A model generated the notes under the pieces. It was not told the DNA's origin, searched no databases, and worked only from the letters and a program-made list of their open reading frames with translations. A stretch of 64,000 nucleotides of DNA, taken from NCBI GenBank assembly GCA_951406725.2, contig OX597821.1, forward strand, positions 86,242,001-86,306,000, given 5' to 3'. A program made the position numbers and the translations under genes. The stretch comes from Octopus vulgaris (Eukaryota). Below are positions 58,450 to 64,000 of the stretch, piece by piece; the first letter of the stretch is position 1; each line of letters starts with the position of its first letter.

Positions 58450-59515
58450 CTCATAACCAAGAATAGCCAATACCCTCTCAAAGACACAAATGGAAAATTC
58501 CAATGTACTCTTCACCGCAAGACAAAACACACCCACTCAATGATACACCCGAAGAACCCCCCACATCTCTGATGTAATTTCTTCGTGAATATATATTTCG
58601 GACGGGACTATAAGGAAAATAAGGACTCCTCACATCTGAGATACATTCCACGTAATGAAGACTTCGAAAATGACCAAAGAAGAAGTAGGAACTTCTCCTG
58701 CTCGAGACATATCTTCCAAATGACCACCTCATCCAAACCACAAGATATAACCATTATGACAACCACACACAGAACCGACCTCAACGGAGAACTCACAATA
58801 GACCAGGGGTCAACGGAAGGGCAGTCAATAAGAACACTAATTCCTTATATCAATACCCAATAAACAATTTTTTAGGCAAACTAGTTCAAAACGGGGACAC
58901 TCGATAGCACTAACCAAATGTGAGATCCCGAAGGTGATAAATCTCTCACATAAAACCCTTTCAAACCAACAAATCGAAATTCTCGCAAAAGGACTGAAAT
59001 TCACCCGAACACTACAAAGATCGGACCTAAAGGATATACAAAATGATATTCAGGAATTCTAATGATTACTCAATACCTCATAATAAAAGTAACTACTGTC
59101 CGATAAAAGGAAGATCAAACTCTGGATAACTTTTGTGATTTGGTATCCAATTATCCCTATAATTTACTCTCACCTCAAAATTTTTGAAACAAGAATGGGA
59201 AATCATTAATGATCACAAGGGGGATCATAACATAATTATACAAGAAGCCGATAAAACGAGTGTTTTAGTAATTATGGACTCAGAATAATACATAAACACT
59301 ACCTTAATCTTCTTTCAGGACAATACCTTTTACGAAAAATTTAACAGCTACCGTTAATCCAAGATAATGACAAAACTTTCTACCCTTATTCACCAGTGCC
59401 AACAAGATTTAACAGAAAAGGAGAGAGATAACTTGACTAGATTTGATTACAAAACCAGTAACTTTCATGGACTTCTCAAAATTTACAAAAGTACAGCCAT
59501 AAACTATTGTTGGCA
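58450..59515 (+). mobile_element. Penelope-like RT N-terminal remnant
   Basis: VINLSHKTLS...ILAKGLKF, IIIQEADK..VLVIMD and FHGLLKIYK motifs, with stops. Confidence 0.7.
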
Positions 59516-59593
59516 ACTGTCACTAAGGTGTCTGTAAAATGATCAACATCATCATCATCAGCATCATCATCATCATCATCATCATCCTCATCC

Positions 59594-59654
<61 letters not shown>

Positions 59655-59952
59655 TATTATTTTCAATCGTTTGAGGCGAGTGTGCAACATTATCTTTAAT
59701 CGATATTGAATTGCATATATATACAAGGTCTGTTTTGTTTTGAGGGGTGTGTTTTGTTGTATTTTGTGTTATTTTAGCATTAAAATTTCAGTGAGGACTA
59801 TGTAGAGTGTAATTTGTGTTGTTTGTTTGGGTTTGGTTAACTGCGTAATGACACAAGTAAAAAAAAAAAAAAAAACTATCAAAATTAGGTTAATTCGTTT
59901 GTAATAAAGCAAACGAGCAAAACTGTGTTTTTTGTAAAATTATTTGACTTAC

Positions 59953-60201
59953 CGATGAATAAGGTTGTCCGTTAGAAACTCCTGCAAAGAAGACATCGGC
60001 GTTTTCCAAGTTACCGTCCGTTGACAAGCCTAGCATCACATAACCGAGTGTTTTAACTTCAGTATGGAATTCAATGTGAGATTTATTGAATTTCCATGAA
60101 AGGTGATAAGTTTTGTTGGGGTCCAGATAAAGAGAATGAAAATAATCATCCGCCAAAACACTGGAACCAAGGCAGGAAAGCACGAATGCCAGAAAATACA
60201 T
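59953..60201 (-). CDS. MOXD1: DBH-like monooxygenase exon 1 (signal peptide + DOMON start)
   Basis: MYFLAFVLSCLGSSVLA hydrophobic leader, then LDPNKTYHLSWKF...GYVMLGLSTDGNLENADV (DOMON). 249 nt, ends TCG|GTAAGT, phase 0. Symbol is family-level; orthology not tested. Confidence 0.9.
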
Positions 60202-60289
60202 TGTTATCAGTGTTGGCTTCTGAGCGTGTTAAAGGAAATTTTCAGTAGATTGGCAACCACTACTTTGATTCAGTGGCTATAAGACAAAT

Positions 60290-60435
60290 GAATGACGTAC
60301 CTTATGTACTTTTACGGATCATTTGCATTTGATGTAATCACCTGAGCTATCACATGATTCGTTAAGAAAGTATATAGTCACATGAGTCTTTAGGCAAGGT
60401 ATATAATCACATGATTCCCACGAAGGTGTGTAATC
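60290..60435 (-). promoter_or_regulatory. putative proximal promoter motif cluster
   Basis: TCACATGA at 60350, 60378 and 60407; TCACCTGA at 60338; ATTTGCAT at 60321. All within about 210 bp of the ATG. Confidence 0.45.
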
Positions 60436-62619
60436 TAAAATTAGACACAAGGCAGACACCGCTGACATATTTTTGCTATTTCATATTCACACAATAACTT
60501 TAGAACTGCAAGATACGCTTAAAACGTCAGTAATACACGTAAAACATAAATGCTATTGAATTATCAGAGAGAAGCGTTCTGTATGATAAGGACATTGATA
60601 TTAAATCTTCAAGGAGTTGTCATCTGTTTTTAGTTCTTAGATACTTTTAAAGGGTTTTGTTCATCAAGTACTTGGATAATCTCAGCTGATGGACATGCTA
60701 TTTAACACACTGTATAATTTACATAAGACCGTAGTCTGTTTGTATTTTGCAAAGAGAACGCTCACATATGATATTTATGATATTCAGAATTATACGCTAC
60801 ACTGAACAAACTTAGCTCATTCTACTCCCTACTGTCTCAGACACTTAAATCAACTTAATGAATTGTTTTGTATCCTTTTATTTACGAAACAAGGCAGTGG
60901 CCATTGCCCTTCACAAGGTCACCGACACCGGTGAATGGAGGAGGGGGTATCCTGAAACTGAAAAACTGGACCCAATGCTTGCAACAGAAAGAATTTCGAT
61001 AGAGGTAACCAAGATGTCTCATGGTCTTGTTAAAACGGGGGATATGTTGTCTAACATTGATCATCAGAATACTACAAACAACATGGCTGATCTCCGTATG
61101 AACAGGCATTCGTTTCACTGCATTCGCGGCATGGCTGACAGTTTCTTTCTCAAACCGTCTTGCAATTCCTATCCTGGAAATTTCTGACAGTTTCTTCATT
61201 TATGACGCATGATCGTTTTATATTTCATGCTTCATTTATCTTTCTCACCCTTCTTTACATTAAACATCTCACTGTAATATTAATGTGCTCGCCATTCCCT
61301 AGAATTATCATTAGAATTTCTAATTAGTGTTGTCCTTCCTAGTTTTTGCGAAATCCAGTTTTTCGACATTGGCACTAACACAACTAATTATATAATCAAA
61401 GTCTCCAATATAATCTAGTGTTACAGATAGTACCTGCATATTTATCATTAGTTCGGAATACTTTCTTATTTGTTCTTTCATCTGAAACAGTATGTTAACG
61501 TATACAGATAACAATGTCGGCATTAAGCAAATTAAAAAAGTTAAAAAATTTCTACAAGAGATGAGAGTATACTGAGAAGTAATACTCAGCGTCACTTCAA
61601 TATGGATGTTACTATCGTTTTAAGCTCAGGAGGAGCCTTCTCCAGCAGGTTATCGATGCAATCTGCACCCGATATATATTGCAAGCAGGGGAGGGAACCC
61701 CTACCATTTTCTAGCGACAAAGACCGGATTACCAGAGCGAACACTTTCTCGCTATTTCTACTCATCCTCAATGGTGGACACCCATCCGCTAAAGATAGCA
61801 GTAATCTGCTCCAGCTCCGAAATATATATAAAAATAAGTAGTAACCAGTAACTATACTGAGACGTAATGTTTATTGCCACTTCAATATGGTTGTTCCATA
61901 GGAACTGATATTACTACCTTTTTTAAAATTCTAGTGCATGCTGAAGCAGACTACTGCTATCACTAGCGGACGAGTGTCTACCAATGAAAATGGTTCCGTC
62001 GCTGTTGCTATTGGTAGGAGTTCGCTTCCCTGCTTGCAGAATATATCGGGTGCAGATTACATCGATTTCCAGCTAGAGAAAACTCCTCCTGGAGTTAAAA
62101 ACGGTAGTAACATCTGTTTCAATCACGCTGAAGAACTAACATCTGTTGAAGTGGCGATAAACATTAATCAGTATAATTTCTACTTTCGTTTCTTATCGAG
62201 ATTTTCTGACTAGCTGCTTTGGGGATTCTAATTATTTATCTATTAATTATTTTATTTCTCTAATTTCTATTATATATCCTTTTGATGTGTTCGTGTCTCC
62301 CTTTGATCGATGTTTTATTTTTATCTTGTGTGTCGTAGCTCGTACTTTGATGCTGTTCTCCATTCCATGTCTTGTGCCTTTGTGGCCAATAAAAGAAATC
62401 ATTATTTTCATTACTCTTATTATAGGTGTCACTTGTATATGTATGTATTATTTTGTCTTGTTTTATTGCTCCCTTAACAGTCTGTGTGTGTGAGTGTGTA
62501 TGTATGTATATGGGTATTTGTATTGGTTTGTGCACGTATGTGTATGTATGTGTATATGTGTATGGTTGTGTGTGTTTGTGTGTTTGTATGTATATATATA
62601 TATATAAATAAATAAATAA

Positions 62620-62662
<43 letters not shown>

Positions 62663-63099
62663 TATAACACGAACCCACAACAAACACACTTACACCTGCA
62701 CACACCCTACACACACCTTTACCCAGATATTAACACCATGACACACACAAATATATGGTTCCACACATACACATAATTGAATACGGGTGCAAAACATCCA
62801 ACACTATTTTTTGGAAATGGCTGTAAATATTGACTTCACACAAATACGTTGCTTCCCGATACAGGCACAAGGCCAGCAGAACTATAAATATTGAAAATTG
62901 TACCCACACACACACACATATATACACGCGCGCGCGCCCCAACATACATATAAACACACACGCGCGCGCGCGCACACACACATACATACATACTGCTCTC
63001 CCTGTTCTAAACGAACTTACTTATCCAGTCAAGCGGAAAATACACTCCCTAACTACGCGCTAAAAAGCTATTTAAAATATCCACATGACGTCTACTGAC

Positions 63100-64000
63100 C
63101 AGCCTGAACAATAAGAATTTTCAACAACACTATTTTCGAAAATTCTAAACATTCACGTGACCTCTTTATTATGGCCAATAAGAAATTTTAGGCGGGACAC
63201 TAGCCAAATTTTAACTTCTCTGGAGCCTTTTTTCTTACCCCAACACCAACTTCCATTCAAACATTCACGTGACCCCTTCATAATGACCAATTAAAATTTT
63301 AGGCGCGAAACCAAGCAAATCCAAAACAACTCTGGAGCCTCTTTTTTTCACATATAAGAGACAGACTCTAATCTCTCTTTTATATTTTGATAAGCATAAC
63401 AAATGCGCAACCGGTAAAAAGAACTTTCACCTAATTAAATTACTTAAATTACTTCAATTATTTGTCAGCATTTTCTTCATTTCCTTTTTTATATATCACC
63501 ACTCGTGTTCGACATCTCCTTTTTTTAAATATCATATCCCCGCACGAGATACAGAAAATGCCTACAAAAACTGAAACCACCCTAATCAACTTAAACGAAG
63601 AAATCCTACAGGAACTCAAAAACATCAACACCAACCTCTCTGTACTAGTCAACAAATTGGACTCTACTAATGAGGAAACCATTACCGGACAGAAACCCTC
63701 CGAAATCGGCGATAAGCTACAAACTCTGTGTGATACGATCCACACCTTTTTCACCACCACCAACCCAGCCAAAAACAAAGAAGAACCATGTCAAATTGAT
63801 TCATACAAACTGAAAAATCATATAATCCCAGAATGGAACAAATCCCTCAGAGACAGAAAGTTCTCCTTCTGGAAAATGATTAGAAACAACAACAAGGCCG
63901 AGATATACGAAAAATGGATGAACTCTACTCCTCTAACTCTTCCCCGCAAAATACAATTAAAAGCCATTCCCAATGAACCTGAACCTCAAAGACGACTTAG
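63100..64000 (+). mobile_element. 5' end of probable Penelope-like element; ORF from ATG 63558 runs off the window
   Basis: Uninterrupted C/A-rich ORF (MPTKTET...IPEWNKSLRDRKFSFWK...), preceded by tandem repeats and a degenerate hammerhead. No catalytic motif in view. Confidence 0.5.

Overview
AT-rich, microsatellite-dense animal genomic DNA, most likely octopus (inferred from the two abundant tRNA-derived SINE families). The one host gene I can support is a minus-strand DBH-like copper monooxygenase (MOXD1/DBH/TBH family). It spans about 21.2-60.2 kb, and I reconstructed it by hand as 12 coding exons plus an ambiguous terminal exon (about 570 aa: signal peptide, DOMON, two Cu domains with all six Cu ligands, and a TTQQPP repeat stalk). 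Every junction is GT-AG and in phase except exon 8/9, which is off by 1 nt. An inverted, stop-containing orphan copy of exon 1 lies downstream of the gene. The rest is transposon debris: a full-length decayed mariner, L1/Tx1-like, R4/Dong-like, CR1/L2-like and RTE LINEs, Penelope-like (GIY-YIG) pieces, and pogo and LTR remnants. Hidden structure includes at least five type-I hammerhead ribozyme folds with palindromic stem III, several near-perfect inverted repeats, locally templated insertions, multimeric SINEs sharing one junction, and arrays of promoter motifs. All calls were made by eye with no database searches.
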